Shown here one piece after another: positions 37,201-51,135 of a stretch of 64,000 bases of DNA (position 1 is its first letter; the number at the start of each line of letters is the position of its first letter). Made by a program: the position numbers and the translations under genes. The notes under the pieces are model-generated. The model did not search any database. It was not told the origin of the DNA and saw nothing but the letters and a program-made list of their open reading frames with translations. Location: the NCBI RefSeq assembly GCF_006345805.1, contig NC_043001.1, forward strand, positions 36,704,001 through 36,768,000, given 5' to 3'. Source of the stretch: Octopus sinensis (taxonomy: Eukaryota).

Positions 37201-38420
37201 CGACGGGTGTGGAAGCGGCATCGGCGGCGGTGATAGTATCGGCAGCGGCGGCTCTGATAGAATCGACGGAGGGTGCAGCGCAGCAGAGGTGGCAGTGGCG
37301 GCAGCGACGGTGGAAGTGACGGCGGCAGCGGCAGAAGAGGCGGCAGCGGCAGAAGAGGCGGCAGCGGCAGAAGAGGCGGCAGCGGCAGAAGAGGCGGCAG
37401 CGACAGCGGTAGCAGCGGCAGAAGAGGTGGCAGCGACAGCGGTAGCAGCGGCGTCACCGGCGGCACCGACAGCTATAGAGTCGGTAGCGGCGGCAGCGAC
37501 TGCAGCGGAGACAGCGACTGCAGCGGTGGCAGCGGTAGCGGAGACAGCGACTGCAGCGGTGGCAGCGATAGCGGTGGTAGCGGTAGTGGTAGTAGCGGCG
37601 GCAACGTCGGCAGCGGCGGCGGCGGTGGTAGCGGTGACGGCCGTAGCAGTGGTTGTAGCGGCGGTAACTGCGGCAGTAGCGGCGGCGGTAGTGGAGGTGG
37701 TAGTGGTGGCGGCAGCGGCGGCGGCGGCGCGAAAGCGGAGGCGGCGGCGTGCGGCGCGGCGGGCTGGGCAGCGGCGGCAGCGGCGGCAGGCGGCGGCAGC
37801 GGCGGCAGCGGCGGCAGCGGCGGCAGCGGCGTTAGCGGCGGCAGGCGGCGGCAGCGGCGCGGCGGCGCAGCGGAGGCGGCAGTAGCGGCGGCGGCAGCGG
37901 CAGGGCAGCGGCGGCAGCGGCGGGCAGCGGCGGCAGCGGCGGCAGCGGCGGCAGCGGCGGCGCGGTAGCGGCGGTAGCGGCGGCGGCAGCGGCGGGCGGT
38001 AGCGGCGGCGGAAGCGGCGGCGGTAGGTAGCGGCAGTGGCGACAGCACCAGCGGGGGGCAGCAGTGACAACGACGACAATGTGGCAGCGCTCGCAGCGAC
38101 AGCAACGGTGGTAGCGACGGCAGCAGTGGCAGTGGCAGTGGTAATGGTGGTGTTGGTAAATTTTATATCTGCTGCTTCAACTGGTCGTAGCGAATGTGGT
38201 GTCGGTAATGTGATAGTGATGTTGACAGTAATATTCGTGGTGGTGGCGGTGGCGGTTGGCGGTGGTGGTGGTTGGTGGTGGTGGTGTGGTGGTGGTGGTG
38301 GTGGTGGTGGGGTGGTGGCGTAGGCGGGCGGCGGCGTGGTGTTGGTGGTGTGGTGGTGGTGGTGGCGTAGGCGGCGGCGGTGGTGGTGGTGGTGGTGGTG
38401 GTGGATTTTGAGAGAGGATG
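37200..38420. repeat. GC-rich (GGC/GCA/GCG/GGT) trinucleotide mosaic, including 4 x 18-bp unit at 37328-37399
   Basis: Direct reading; G-rich on the plus strand, grading into (GGT)n. Confidence 0.92.
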
Positions 38421-40261
38421 GAGATGATTTGTGGTAATGGCTATCAGTTTTAGTGTAATATTGTCGAGAATAAAGGCTGATTAGTGTGGGAATGGTGGTG
38501 GTAATAAGGGTGGATTTGCTAGCGGTAATTAAGGATGGTGGTATCGATCATAAAACTGACTGACGATGAGGGAAATCTTCATGGTGGGTGATATGACGGT
38601 GGAGGCGGGAACGTTCCACCCCCACCGCCGCCGCTACCGCTGCTATTGTAACTAGTTGTAGTGGTAGTATTAGTAGTTGGTATAACGATGGCGTCGGTAC
38701 TGATGCTGATAGCGGTGGCAAAGGTCAAAGTATTTGTGGGTGGCTACCCGGTAAGGAGGCCAACGATGTGTTTCGTTGAACAGCTAAATTGTTGAATGAG
38801 CGCAGATAACGTCTTAAAAATGCCCGCGAGTAAATATTATATGGAAGCACTTAAACACAAAAATGTCAGGCCTATCATTTTAACATTCTACGTTTGTTGC
38901 CTTTACATTTTTTACTGCTAAAATACTGTTTTTTTAAATGTTGTTGCTACTATTGTTTCTTTTGCTGCCGATGTTGGTGCCACTGCTGAAAATGGTGTTG
39001 TTATTGCAGCTATATTCGCAATTGTTTATTTATATAACTAAGGGGGAAAAAAACCATCCTATCATTCACAGGCTCCCGGTGGATAAATACACAAATTTAC
39101 TAAGCTCACACGGTTGTTGTTCTCAAGTTTTACATTACCTACAGACCTCGAGGGCTATTTTTTTGTGCGTATGTGTGTGTTTGTATGTAAATGTATGTGT
39201 ATGTCTGTCTGTATGTGTATGTGTGTGTATGTGTGTCTGTATGTATGTGTGTGTGTGTGTCTGTATGTGAATGTGTGTGTATGTCTGTCTGTATGTATGT
39301 GTGTGTATGCGTGTAAGTATGTGTGTGTGTGTGTTTTCATAGATATCTAGACATGTGTTTATATGCCTTTGTGCATATCTAAGTATGCATGTGTATATAT
39401 GTATGTACCTCGCCCTCCCCCATCTCTCTCTCTCTTCCTCTCTCTCTCTCTCTCTCCAACCTTCTATACCTGCATGCGTGCATATATATATATGTATCAC
39501 TGTGTATACAAATGCATACACACATGTATGAGCGTTTTGTATCTGTAGGTATGTATTATACATATCTTATGCATGTGTGTATATATGTATATATATATAT
39601 GCATAAGTACATACACACACTCACATACACACTCATATGTGTGTATATATATATATATATAAGTACGTATGTATGTAAATTATGTGTGTATCTACCTATT
39701 TGTAGGTATACAATATGTATGTGTTTGTATGTACGTGTTTCTCTTCCTTTCTCTACGTATGTGTGTGCGTTTGCGCATGTGCATACGTAATTTCTGCGTT
39801 AAGTAAATACATGTCACCCGTTCAGCTTCTGTTGTGTATAGTCAGTCACTTTAATATTACTATATTACTATAAATACATGCAACACTGATATGATGCATT
39901 TCTAAAACACTCTGACTTTTCGACTGAACACTCTGTACGTGTGTGTGTGTGTGTGTGAGTACTTGTCAGTATGCGTATATGTAAGTATGTATGTATGTAT
40001 GCATAATTAACCGTTCTCTTGCGTGACCTATATAAGTTACCCCAGTTGTAGACCACAATGTGTATGTGGATTCAAGACCACATGTGCAGACGCGGGCTTT
40101 CGGCGGTAACTGCAGTGAATTTCCCCCTGAGAAGTTGAAATATGTCACAAACACATTTTAACTAGCCTAAGGGTCGTGTGCGTCAGTGTGTGTGTGTTAT
40201 GTGTGCGCGTGTGTGTGTGTGTGTGCCTGTGTCTCTGTGTGTACTCGTACTTATATATATG

Positions 40262-40309
<48 letters not shown>

Positions 40310-40352
40310 ACATATATATATATACTGATATATATATGTATACATATATATA

Positions 40353-40434
<82 letters not shown>

Positions 40435-40861
40435 AAATAGAGCAAGGTTAGCTAGAGGCAAAACAATATGATGCAGTGTGGTTACATTTTGCATGTTCGA
40501 TTTATTTTTAAGTCAAGCAACACAGATTTACGTAGTTTTGAAAGTTCGTTGTACCATTGTTTGGGAATCTCCGAAGCCACATTTTTTTTGTCACAGAGTA
40601 TAAACGCTGGAGTATTTATGGTTGTTCTGACGAGAAATTATTTGAGTATTCCAGGATGATTCCAGCAATGCAGAGCAGTTATGATGTTTAGTTATCATTC
40701 GTTATTGCTCTCTGAGAGTTTCGAAACTCAGAGTAGAACGAAACAGATACAACTGATGAAAGGAATGTTCTTTATGCTGTTCGAAAAAAAAATTCGCTTT
40801 CTATGTTTATGTTTTTATGTTTTCGTTTCTCATTGTGTCTACGTTTTTTTTTTTATTTCCT

Positions 40862-41010
40862 GTACCCATATATAGCCGAAATTGCGAATTTGATCTGGTT
40901 CTTGACTGATGACTGAGGGCTTCGAATGTCCCGTCCTGTGGTTCTTGTGTCGTCTCTTTGATGTTTCATGTTCTTGTCCATGTCTGTATTTATTTTTACT
41001 GTTTACATAT
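40862..41010 (+). mobile_element. solo PLE terminal repeat (same family as 36225-36365)
   Basis: gccgaaattgcg ... ggttcttgactgatgactgagggcttcgaatgtcccgtcc aligns with the reverse complement of about 36230-36350. Confidence 0.65.
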
Positions 41011-41301
41011 ACATGTATATACATATATATGTAGGCATGAACATATATGTATACATATAAGCATATATTTATATATCATTTATATTATTATACACAAATA
41101 CATACATACATACATACATACATACATACATACATACATACATACATACATGCATGCATGCATACATACATACATACATACATACATGCATACATGCATA
41201 CATGCATACATACATACATGCATACATACATACATACATACATACATACATACATACATACATACATACATACATACATACCTCTGTATGTGTGTGTATA
41301 A

Positions 41302-41531
41302 GGCGGCGAGATTTCAAAAATGTTAGCACGCCGGGCGAAATACTTAGCGGTATTTCGTCTGCCGCTACGTTCTGAGTTCAAATTCCGCCTAGGTCGACTT
41401 TGCCTTTCATCCTTTCGGGTTCGATAAATTAAGTACCAGTTACGCACTGGGGTCGATGTAATCGACTTAATCCGTTACTCTGTCCTTGTTTGTCCCCTCT
41501 GAGTTTAGCCCCTTGTGGTTAGTAAAGAAAT
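41302..41531 (+). mobile_element. group C SINE, near-complete
   Basis: ggcggcgag head, gagttcaaattcc B-box, cctttcatcctttcggg core, aaagaaata tail. Confidence 0.92.
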
Positions 41532-41945
41532 ATATATGTGTGTATTTTTATGTATTGAATAGGAAATTTACCAATGAACAACCGAACTCAGACTGACACT
41601 GTGCTATTGCGCAATTGTGCAATGTAATATAGCAGAAAATTTATGATCTGAGATCATTGGACAGCAAAGCTGTGAGGAGTCAAATGCTTGTCCACTGAGC
41701 CATATGAACTATATTCATCGGAGGTTACCGTCATTCTAGTTAAGGTTATTAGTTGATAAATATTTCTGAGACTGTTGTTGTTAGATGTAGTGAGAGGTCC
41801 TCCCTGTACAAGAGAATAAGGACATTTAAACGCAATCACTTTTCTGAAGAATATCATCTAAAAATTCTCTGATTTGCACTATATTATATTTTTTCTTTCA
41901 CCTTATGAATTATATATATATATATGTGTGTTTGTGTGTGTGTGT

Positions 41946-41987
<42 letters not shown>

Positions 41988-42229
41988 CAAGCAAAACATC
42001 CCCCGTCCAATGGACGGTGCTGAATCATATCTGGCGAATAAAAAGCAATCAGTGTTTTCTTTTCATTAAAAAATAATTAAGCATACCTTTATTTCAATAA
42101 AATTTTTGGTTTTGTTAAACGAAGTTAAGGCAAAAAAAAAAAAAAATTCTTGAGAAACCAAATAGTCTTTCCATCCTTCATGCCAAGTTGAAGAAAATAT
42201 CTCTTTTGCATCTTACTTTTTTTGTCTCT

Positions 42230-42525
42230 TAAATATACTGCATTTTGTGGCATTATTTCAAGCCAACCGGCTTTTTTGCGCAAACTGCACGTGCATTTTC
42301 CTCGCGTACGCGTAGTATTGATCGTAACAGCTGATGTACTTGCGCGTACAAATGCACGTTCCCACGGCTTTATCGATCGCATTCTCACCCGGAATCGATT
42401 TTTGCAATTTTTTTCAAGACTTATACACGCCCTGGTACTGTTGGTATGTACGTATCAAATTTGAGTGCAACGGTATGGAAGATGCCCGAGATCATAGAAG
42501 ACACACACACAGACAGAACGGATTT

Positions 42526-42540
<15 letters not shown>
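42230..42540 (+). mobile_element. possible Helentron/HINE-like non-autonomous element 3' end
   Basis: Ends caaatttgagtgcaacgg ... gagatcat ... acacacagacagaacggattttatattatata, an end architecture typical of such elements; 5' end not identified. Confidence 0.3.
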
Positions 42541-42558
<18 letters not shown>

Positions 42559-43637
42559 ACATTGGAATTTAATTCGGTAAAGTACTCGTTTTTTTTTAAT
42601 TTTCGGAATGTATTTAGGCTTTATGACGTGTGATGCGGTTAGCGTATACAAACAAAAGTGGGTTCAGCAGATCATTTCGGGCAACAGCTAATAATGACTT
42701 TGCCAGGCTTGGGAGGATTCCTTTTCAATTACTGAGCTTAATCTGTTCGTATGAAAATACTTAATACAGCGCAGTTCTCGGCACACTGCAATATTTAAAT
42801 AGTTTTAACCACAAAATAATGCAGTGAACATTTTCGAAGACCTTCATATAAATGGAAATATATGACATCTGTATTTCAGTCCTCTCCCACAATCTTTAAG
42901 ATGTCATCCGAGTGGTGAAGAAATTGTTTAAGTAGTTTCTGATTCATAGAATCACGCTAGAATTTAGAATGCAGAGTAGAATTCTCGAGTTCAACACGCC
43001 ATCGGATACTTTAAGGATTAAAGAAATCTAATTGTATTTTTTCCCCACTACAAGTGATTTATTTTTTCGTGAAAAACTGTGAGATAGACGATATATTTGA
43101 TTATCCTAATTATTTTTATTTTCAATTATTTATTCACTGCTCTTGTATGTTTTCCTAAATGCTCGGTTGAAGTGTGCCTTCAGTATATATTAGTAACTAT
43201 ATCCTCAGTCTCCTGTTGGGTTGCTTCGATGACATAAGAAATTTGTATAAAAGCCCAGTCGACAGCAATAGGTAATGATTAATTAATTCTCAGCTCGGTT
43301 TATAGATCCATAGTACCAAATGAATGTGTTGGGGACTAGGTGTGAGTTTTGTTTGGTTTTAAAATGTTGGAAATTAAGATTTACGTCTGCCACCCTTGAA
43401 CTTAGAGGTGGAATTAAGGCAGCAAAGAACCATGCATGACGCTTTAACTTGTTTAAGTCACTTGGGTCCGGCCATGCTGGAGCACCGCTTTAAAGGGCAT
43501 TTTAGTCAGTGAACAGGTCACGGTTTGAAAGCGACGAAGATATTTTGACAAATTAAATGTATATGTTGAAGTGAATCTAATGGTTTTGTGTGTTTCTAAA
43601 TGGCTTATAAAATCCTTCCACGCTGCAATTGTATATA

Positions 43638-43712
<75 letters not shown>

Positions 43713-43716
<4 letters not shown>

Positions 43717-44182
43717 AGAATTCAGAAAAAGACAAAAGACGAAGACAAGTGGTTTAGTCAAAAAAAGCGGGTGTTAGTTTACCGCTCGGGAAGTGAAAAA
43801 GTCTTTAACGTTTCGAGCCTACGCTCTTCCACAGAAAGGAACACAGAAAGAAACAAAAAGAGAAAATAAACAATGTGTAGTGGCAAGCGATCTATCATGG
43901 CGAATGCCGGACAGAGGGTTCACACAGGAGAGCTAGGAAGAAGAGGAGGTAATAAAGTAGTGGTGATCCCAAAACAAAGGTGCGCGTGCGTGTGTATAAG
44001 AGAGCACGTATGTGCGTGTGGAAGAGGGCTGGTATATCCAATTACTAGATCTCAAACACCAAACAGTGACATGTAACTCTGATCGATATGATTACCATGT
44101 CCAAACTTCTTTACCAGATCACAATTTCTGAGTCACAAAATTTAAATCCAAAAAAATCTTCTGACTGTATCCGAACCTACAA
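43713..44182 (-). mobile_element. family H PLE-like 3' end with variant hammerhead
   Basis: Homologous to 52793-52986 and 61909-62095; minus strand 43803-43838 reads cttt-CTGTGGA-a-gagc gtag gctc-GAAA-CGT-T-aaag; ends in (TA)n. Confidence 0.8.
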
Positions 44183-44949
44183 TCAATGATTAATAGAATG
44201 CTGACTTATGATCATGGCTGTGCTTGCGTGTGTGTATTTGTGTGTGTGTGAGTGTGTGCGTGTGCGTGCGAGTGTGCGTACGTCTGCGCACTTGTGTGCA
44301 TGCGTATACAGAAAGATAGGAAGAAAGGGAAAGACAGAGACAGATAGACAGAGTGAGAGAGAGAGTGAGAGAGAGGGGGAGAGGTGGTTCTTGTATTGAA
44401 TTTTAAGCTTCACATTTAAAATAAAATATTTATAAATTTCCAGATTAAAAGTTGCCTTTATGGTCATCCGTAGTAATTTTCATTTCATAGATCTTAAGCC
44501 GTAGTCATAACCATCCATAGAAAAATAAGTCTCACTTTCTGTCCTCAAAATTAAGATTGTTGCTTTTCACGGTACATGTTGATTCCGTGATTAATTTAAA
44601 TGCTTTTATAAAATTCAAAATTTTTAATCAGCTCCCTACGTTCAGTTGTAAACTAGCAACATTTCCTGACAATACGCTCTAAAGGAGATTAAATCCACTT
44701 TATTTATTAGAATTTATGGTTTTATTCTTGGTATTATTATAACCCAAGATATTTGTTTGTTTGTTTGTTTTTTGTTTGTTTTTTGCTTTTTCCGTTTGTG
44801 TTTTTTTTTTTTTTTTAATTTCGTTATAAAGCGACAAAGACAGTAGCAAAATAACAGAGGCAATAACAACAACTACAACGAGAGCGACGATGACCGGCGT
44901 GATAAACCCAAAATGCCCACCACTACTAAACTGGCTTTTTATTATCTGC

Positions 44950-45480
44950 AGCAGCAGCAGTAGCAATAGTGGTAGGAAGAGCAGCCGTGAGAAGTACAGC
45001 ATTGACAGGCGTTGCAGCGGCGGGAAGGGTGACAGTATCATCATCATCATCATCATCATCATTATTATCATCAAAATCATCATCGTCGTCGTCGTCGTCG
45101 TCGCCGTTGTCATCATGATTATCATCACTACCTGTGTCATCATCGCCATCGTCATTATCACCACCACCACCACCAACAACAATGCCACCACTACCTCCAC
45201 CGTCACTGCCACTAACACCGCCGTGTCATCGTCATCATCGCCATCCTCACAACCACCATCATTACCATCACCATCATCACTACCACCATCACCACCACCA
45301 TCATTGCCATCACCACCATTACCATAACTATCATCACTACTACCGTCGTCATTATCATCATAACTATCATGACCACCACCGTCGCTACCATCGTTGTCAT
45401 CATCGTCATCATCGTCGTCGTCGTAGTCATCATCATCATCTTCGTCGTCGTTGTCGTCATCTTTTTTATTGTTTTCACTA
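44950..45480. repeat. (CAT/CAC/CGT) trinucleotide low-complexity mosaic
   Basis: Direct reading; a similar tract lies at about 27530-27670. Confidence 0.9.
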
Positions 45481-46494
45481 TTTCCCTTTTTTATTACTGT
45501 TATTCTTGTTATTATCACGCTATAGCTGGCACTAAAATGATCGTTAATCTGTCCATACTTGCAATGATAACATGGAACATAACTTTCATTGGCACACACA
45601 AACAATAATAAAGCAATGCCTTAATTAATGCTTTATTTAATCATTCATAAAGTATAGAATGGCAGAGCTCCTTTATGAGGAGGGACTAATATCGCAAATC
45701 AAAACGAAACAGATCCCTCCACTGGATTCAATTTCGTGCTTATCTTTATCCGTGGTTTTCTTTCATTCGCTTGGCATATTTATGTGATTCTGTTTTTGCT
45801 TAATATCCAAGGTATCTTCTTCATTCAATTTTGGTACTAATCATTACATTTTTACGAAATTCCTGAAAGCATTTCGTTATTTAGAAATTCTTTCTTTTCT
45901 CGTAACAAACTTCTTTCACTGAAAATCGACAGACTTGAACTCAGGCAGCTGTCTTTAAACTGGACGTCATTACGAGTTGCAAGGAGGAAGTAAGTATCAA
46001 TGGGCGCTATGGCGGTGTGGTATATTTAGAAAGGTCACATTTTGTTTTCTTAAAAATATATTCAAGCTAAATCCAAACATATTTTGAACACATACTCAAA
46101 CCAAAAAGAGAAAAATATGACGGGATTGAAATAAGAAAACGACGGCGCTAATGTCAAATACAATTTCTTCGCATATGTCCATATTTTCTTTGGTAAATTC
46201 AATAAAAAATAATGTTAATATAGAGTGCTCTAGTGCATGTAAATATCCCAAAGAAATTACCGCCGGATAGGTTCTTATAAGAAAATATGGATAAGAAATA
46301 AATTCTACGTAAAATTAGCTTCGTTTTAATTAAAATAAATCGCTAGTTTTCCCCTTTAGAAACGATGTACGAGGAAGTTAGAAAAATGCTATTGTGTAAA
46401 ATAGAGTTTTGAGTTACCGAATATTTAAGTATCATCGATCTTATATAGCAGAGAACTCATAAAAGACATGGGGTAAGGCCACCAATATGTAAAG

Positions 46495-46727
46495 GAAATC
46501 GACTTAATCCGTTTGTCTGGCCTTTTTGTCCTCTCTGTGTTTAGCCCCATGTGGGTAGTAAAGAAATAGCTATTTCGTTAGCCGCTACGTTCTGAATTCA
46601 AATTCCGCCGAGGTCGACTTTGCCTTTCATTCTTTCGGGGTCGATTTAATAACTACTAGTTAATCCCTTTGTCTGTCCTTGTTTGTCTCTTCTATGTTCA
46701 GTTCCATGTGGGTAATAAAGAAATAAA
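46495..46727 (+). mobile_element. permuted or partially duplicated group C SINE (tail-body-tail)
   Basis: The 3' tail (cttaatcc...aaagaaata) occurs both before and after the body; the head is missing. Confidence 0.8.
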
Positions 46728-47749
46728 TGTACAGAAGTAATTGCAAGTGAAAGATGTCACTTGTTTCAAACAAGTGTTAATAGAGAGCAAAGTGATATGA
46801 AGAAGAAACAAAAGTATTTCTGAAGTTATATTCCTATTAACTAAAGATGTGATAGAACTTTTTGAGCACATTTAAAAAAACATATATATTTATCTGTTTG
46901 AAAACAGCTGAATCTAATTAACGATTTCAAAGCTTCTCTAAGATGACAGAATTCCAATTTTTGTAACATTGATTTTAATCGACTTTTCTCAAAATAATTC
47001 GATTTTCTACTCCAACCAAGACGCAATATTATAAATTAACATAGTAATTCTCTTAAGTACATGAATATATGTTTCTTTATCGTTTAGTTAATGAAGAAAG
47101 GGCAGCGCCTATGATTCTATTTTCTTCAGTGCATCTGAAACGTTGAACGAATGCAAGTAGTTATCCTCAAACCAGAGACCTGTCTTAAAACTTATCAACC
47201 GAATGAACATCGCTAAAGAGGCAGCTGATATCTCGGTGGTTGTTGTATACGGGATCATGGATTAAGTCAAAGACCCAAAAATTGAAAACGCAATGATTCA
47301 GAACAAATACTGAAAAACATCTCCGACAGCTCTAACAGTTCCTGAATATGTATATACCTATTTCATCGAGTTTAGGATAATGAAAAGAGTTTCATGTAGT
47401 TGTTTTGCGCGTGAGAGGTTTTGTTTTGAAGCTTTCATTGATCTCTGATAGATCCTCTTTTTTATGTGCAATCACTTGTTCTGTTTTTATTTTTAGTGTG
47501 TATTCTTTCTATGTGCTGGTCTATTTCAATTTTCGTTATCTTGTTGGTCATTAAGAATTTCGGTATATTCGTTGTTGCGTTCGAATTTAGTTTTTTTTTT
47601 CCATTTCTTTCTGGTTTTGAGTCCCCATCCGCTCTTTAATTTAATCATTAATCAGGATAAGCCAGGACAAGTATGTGCTTAGAAGCATTTCCATTCTGAC
47701 CCACATCTGACAGTGAATCACGAACTTTGTTAAATCATCCGCTTCTCGC

Positions 47750-48330
47750 TCAGTCAGGAACATCAAGCGCAACTGAAATGAAAAGGGTTGCCGAAACCAA
47801 CCAGGAATTGGCCGAATGAATGCACTCTCTGAAAGATTGGGCGGAAGTGGTAGACACTTGTATACTTCTCATAATCTGTGAACACTTAATTTTTTTGCAT
47901 TGCTCCCGGCGCATTTGACTGTTTAGGAACATCTGCAGATTTGCTTTCCTTAGATGGGTTTTCAAGCCCCATCAAAGGCCAGCACTCACAGTACAGATGT
48001 TGCAGCATACTGTATCTGAGGTAAGACATGACTAAAATCTTCCAGTGAGCAGCTGTGAATAGCGTTTGTTAGACACTTTTTCTGTAACCAGTGTATTTGA
48101 CCGATCTACATCCTTGGTCCGACATGAATGAAGTTTGGTCGTCTGGAATGCTATCAGTCACTCGCTATCTTCTATTTAAGCAATGAAGCCTTTAGAACAT
48201 CAGCCCTTTCACTGTGTAGAATCCTACTTGCGGATATGTGTTGATTTTTATCTGCTACGCCGTTTGATAGACTTTAGGGACACTGTAGAGCAAAGAAACC
48301 ATTACCATTCTGTCATTCAGTGTATTAAAT
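47750..48330 (-). pseudogene. possible RTE-clade LINE 3' coding relic
   Basis: Minus-strand CNIC...GLKTHLRK zinc-finger-like end, plus weak similarity to the RTE RT C-terminus; many stops. Confidence 0.35.
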
Positions 48331-48602
48331 TTTGCTGAATTTTGGAGTTATATTAAACGTATGCCATCACCACCTTTTTACAAAAAACGGCTGGTAGTTT
48401 TCTTCTCTCTGGTGGTTATAGTGTTGTGGTCGAAACTATGAAAACTAAGGTCAGGATATTTGCTCTTTGACCAAAACCTCATCCATCTTTCAAAAACACC
48501 GCTTGAAAAGAGATGTGAGTGTGAAGTAGGATGTGCTCGTAGGATGTGCTCCAATAAAATTTCTGGAAAGTAATTGAGAGTAGCTGGACTGTTTCACTCT
48601 TA

Positions 48603-49080
48603 TCTCCTCAAAGACATACAGCATCTCGAAAGAGTCCAGAAGCTGGCTACCCGCATGGTTCACGGTCTCAAAAATTTGTCCTACGAAGAAAGGCTGAGGA
48701 CGCTCGACCTTTATTCTCTTGAAAAACGCCGCCGCCGTGGTGTTCTCATTCTCGCCCACAACATCATAAGCGGAAAGTGTAACCTCTCGAAAGACCTGTT
48801 CTTCACTCCTGCTCCAGAGCGTCGGCTGCGGGGTCATTCCAAAAAGCTCTACCTGCGACGATTTCATCTCAATCGAAGGAGAGGAGCTTTCTCCGTCCGG
48901 GTTGCGGATCCGTGGAACAAGCTGCCAGACGAGATGGTGAAGATGCCGACGACCGCTTTGTTCAAAGCCTCCCTTGACCTCAAGTGGCCTGAACTCTTTA
49001 CATGAACACCATGTACTTAACTCCATGTCCCCCTACATGGCCTTGCTATTTGCTTTTGAGCCAAATTAACTAACTAACTA
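48603..49080 (+). mobile_element. young 5'-truncated CR1-clade LINE
   Basis: Uninterrupted frame YLLKDIQHLERVQKLATRMV...LSYEERL...LYSLEKRR.RG.LI...RGHSKKL...FS.RV...WNKLP (stop at 49003-49005); (TAAC)n tail; 7-bp TSD actctta at 48596-48602 and 49081-49087. Confidence 0.93.
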
Positions 49081-50468
49081 ACTCTTAATTTTCTGCTGTA
49101 ATTTCATGGCATATTTTCTTAAAGGATATTTTCGTTTATAAATTCTATACATTTTTCAGTTCTTAATTTCCCATAGTTTTCGTTCCCTTAATCATTACTC
49201 TATATGTTGAATATTATCTATTTTCGCTTTTGAGACAAATAAAACAAATGTCTTCCTCCTCTTCCCCCTCCTCACCATCATCATCATCAGCAACAGCATC
49301 AACGTCGTCGTCTTTGTCGCCGGTACTGTTATCTCTTCCACCGTCTTCTACTTTTTGTCATTATCATTATTACACCTAACACGGCACCTCTAATATTTCT
49401 TCAGTAAGAATTCATCTAGGTAATCTATCAAAACACTTCTGTTATCTACACAAATATGGAAATATTGTAAACATTTAAGAGTGTCATTAATGGAAACAAA
49501 TACACTAACTGTATACTACACGAAATGGTCTGAAAATATGTTAAACGTCATATAATATCCAAAAACCGCTGGGAATTATTGAAATAAGAGAACATTACAC
49601 TAAATGCTTCACAGTACTTTATTGCGTCTATATGTAATGATTTCAAATTGTACTCAAAGTTAAGTTTTCATTTAATTTCGTCAGATTTGACGAAGAATAA
49701 GTATCTGTAACATTGTAAGAACGTTTCAAACGAACATGTTTAAGTTACCCCAAACTTGATTCAATGCTTTTTAACGATCTATACGCTGTTTTTCATGAAG
49801 ACTTGATAAATTGAAAATAATAGTTTCTAACGCAGATCAACTATTTCACCTAGGTATAAATAGAGAAACGTTTTACGGTTGGAAATGGCCGAATCGATGG
49901 CTTATCAAATAAATGAGTGGTCAACATTTCGTATCCAAAATACTTCTATTGAATTCACTTGTGCATTCTGTATCACATTGTAATAACTTATCGTTGTATT
50001 GAATAATTGATAAGACTTTTCTGGTTGTACTGAAAGTTTTCTACAACAAGACAGGCGTCGTATCCCTGAGGAAATAGATTCCCATTTGTTTAACGCTAAA
50101 GAAATGTGATTCGGTTAAAGATTAGATGTAACCTCCGAACAAACATAAATCTTGACTAGAAACCAGCAATCTCCCTTCGCTTACATCGAAGATGCCTTTT
50201 TATACAATTTCCTTTCAACCTGTTTGTTATCATCGTAGAAACCGCAGAGTTTGATACTAAATGAATTAAAGAATTTATTTCCGCCACTCCACATTCTCAA
50301 TTTAAATCCTGTTCAGGTAAATGTTAGATTTCTGGGGGGTTGTTTTGGATGGGGTACTAACTAATGTTGGGAGTTCAAGATTTAAAGTCCATATAATTTG
50401 CATTTCCGTAATTTTGAATCGGTGAACATAAATTGAATATCACTAATATAACGAAGGCAATCAATCGG

Positions 50469-50511
<43 letters not shown>

Positions 50512-50527
50512 CACACACACGCACACG

Positions 50528-50569
<42 letters not shown>

Positions 50570-50875
50570 TAAACAAATGACAACAGATGGAAATTTGTTC
50601 ATTCACAACGAGTTTTTTTTATTGATGAATATAATTATATCATACGAAAAAGAAAGAAAAACGTCTTCATAAGGTGAATATACACGAATTGTTATTGTAT
50701 ATATGCAACTTGAGTATTAATCTGTCTGTACTTTGGTATGTATAAGTTCTAATTTTACTTTGTAAACGACTGGTTTACTTTTTAAATACCTGATTCACTT
50801 GAATCCTGAACTCTTATTGTGTGTGCATATATATCTGTGTGTGTGTATGTGCATATATATGTATATGTATATATG

Positions 50876-50967
<92 letters not shown>

Positions 50968-50973
50968 CATGTA

Positions 50974-51048
<75 letters not shown>

Positions 51049-51068
51049 TATATATATATATATGTATA

Positions 51069-51135
<67 letters not shown>

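Noticed and set aside
36933-38323. Overlapping Ala-, Gly/Ser- and Pro-rich ORFs as real genes
   Set aside because: GC-rich triplet repeats lack stop codons in most frames by composition; no start, splice or domain support.
44700-45605. 301-aa Asp/Gly-rich ORF as an acidic biomineralisation-type protein
   Set aside because: Built from (GAT/GGT/GAC) triplet mosaics that are open in several frames on both strands, with internal frame drift; the same texture occurs at 27.5 kb.
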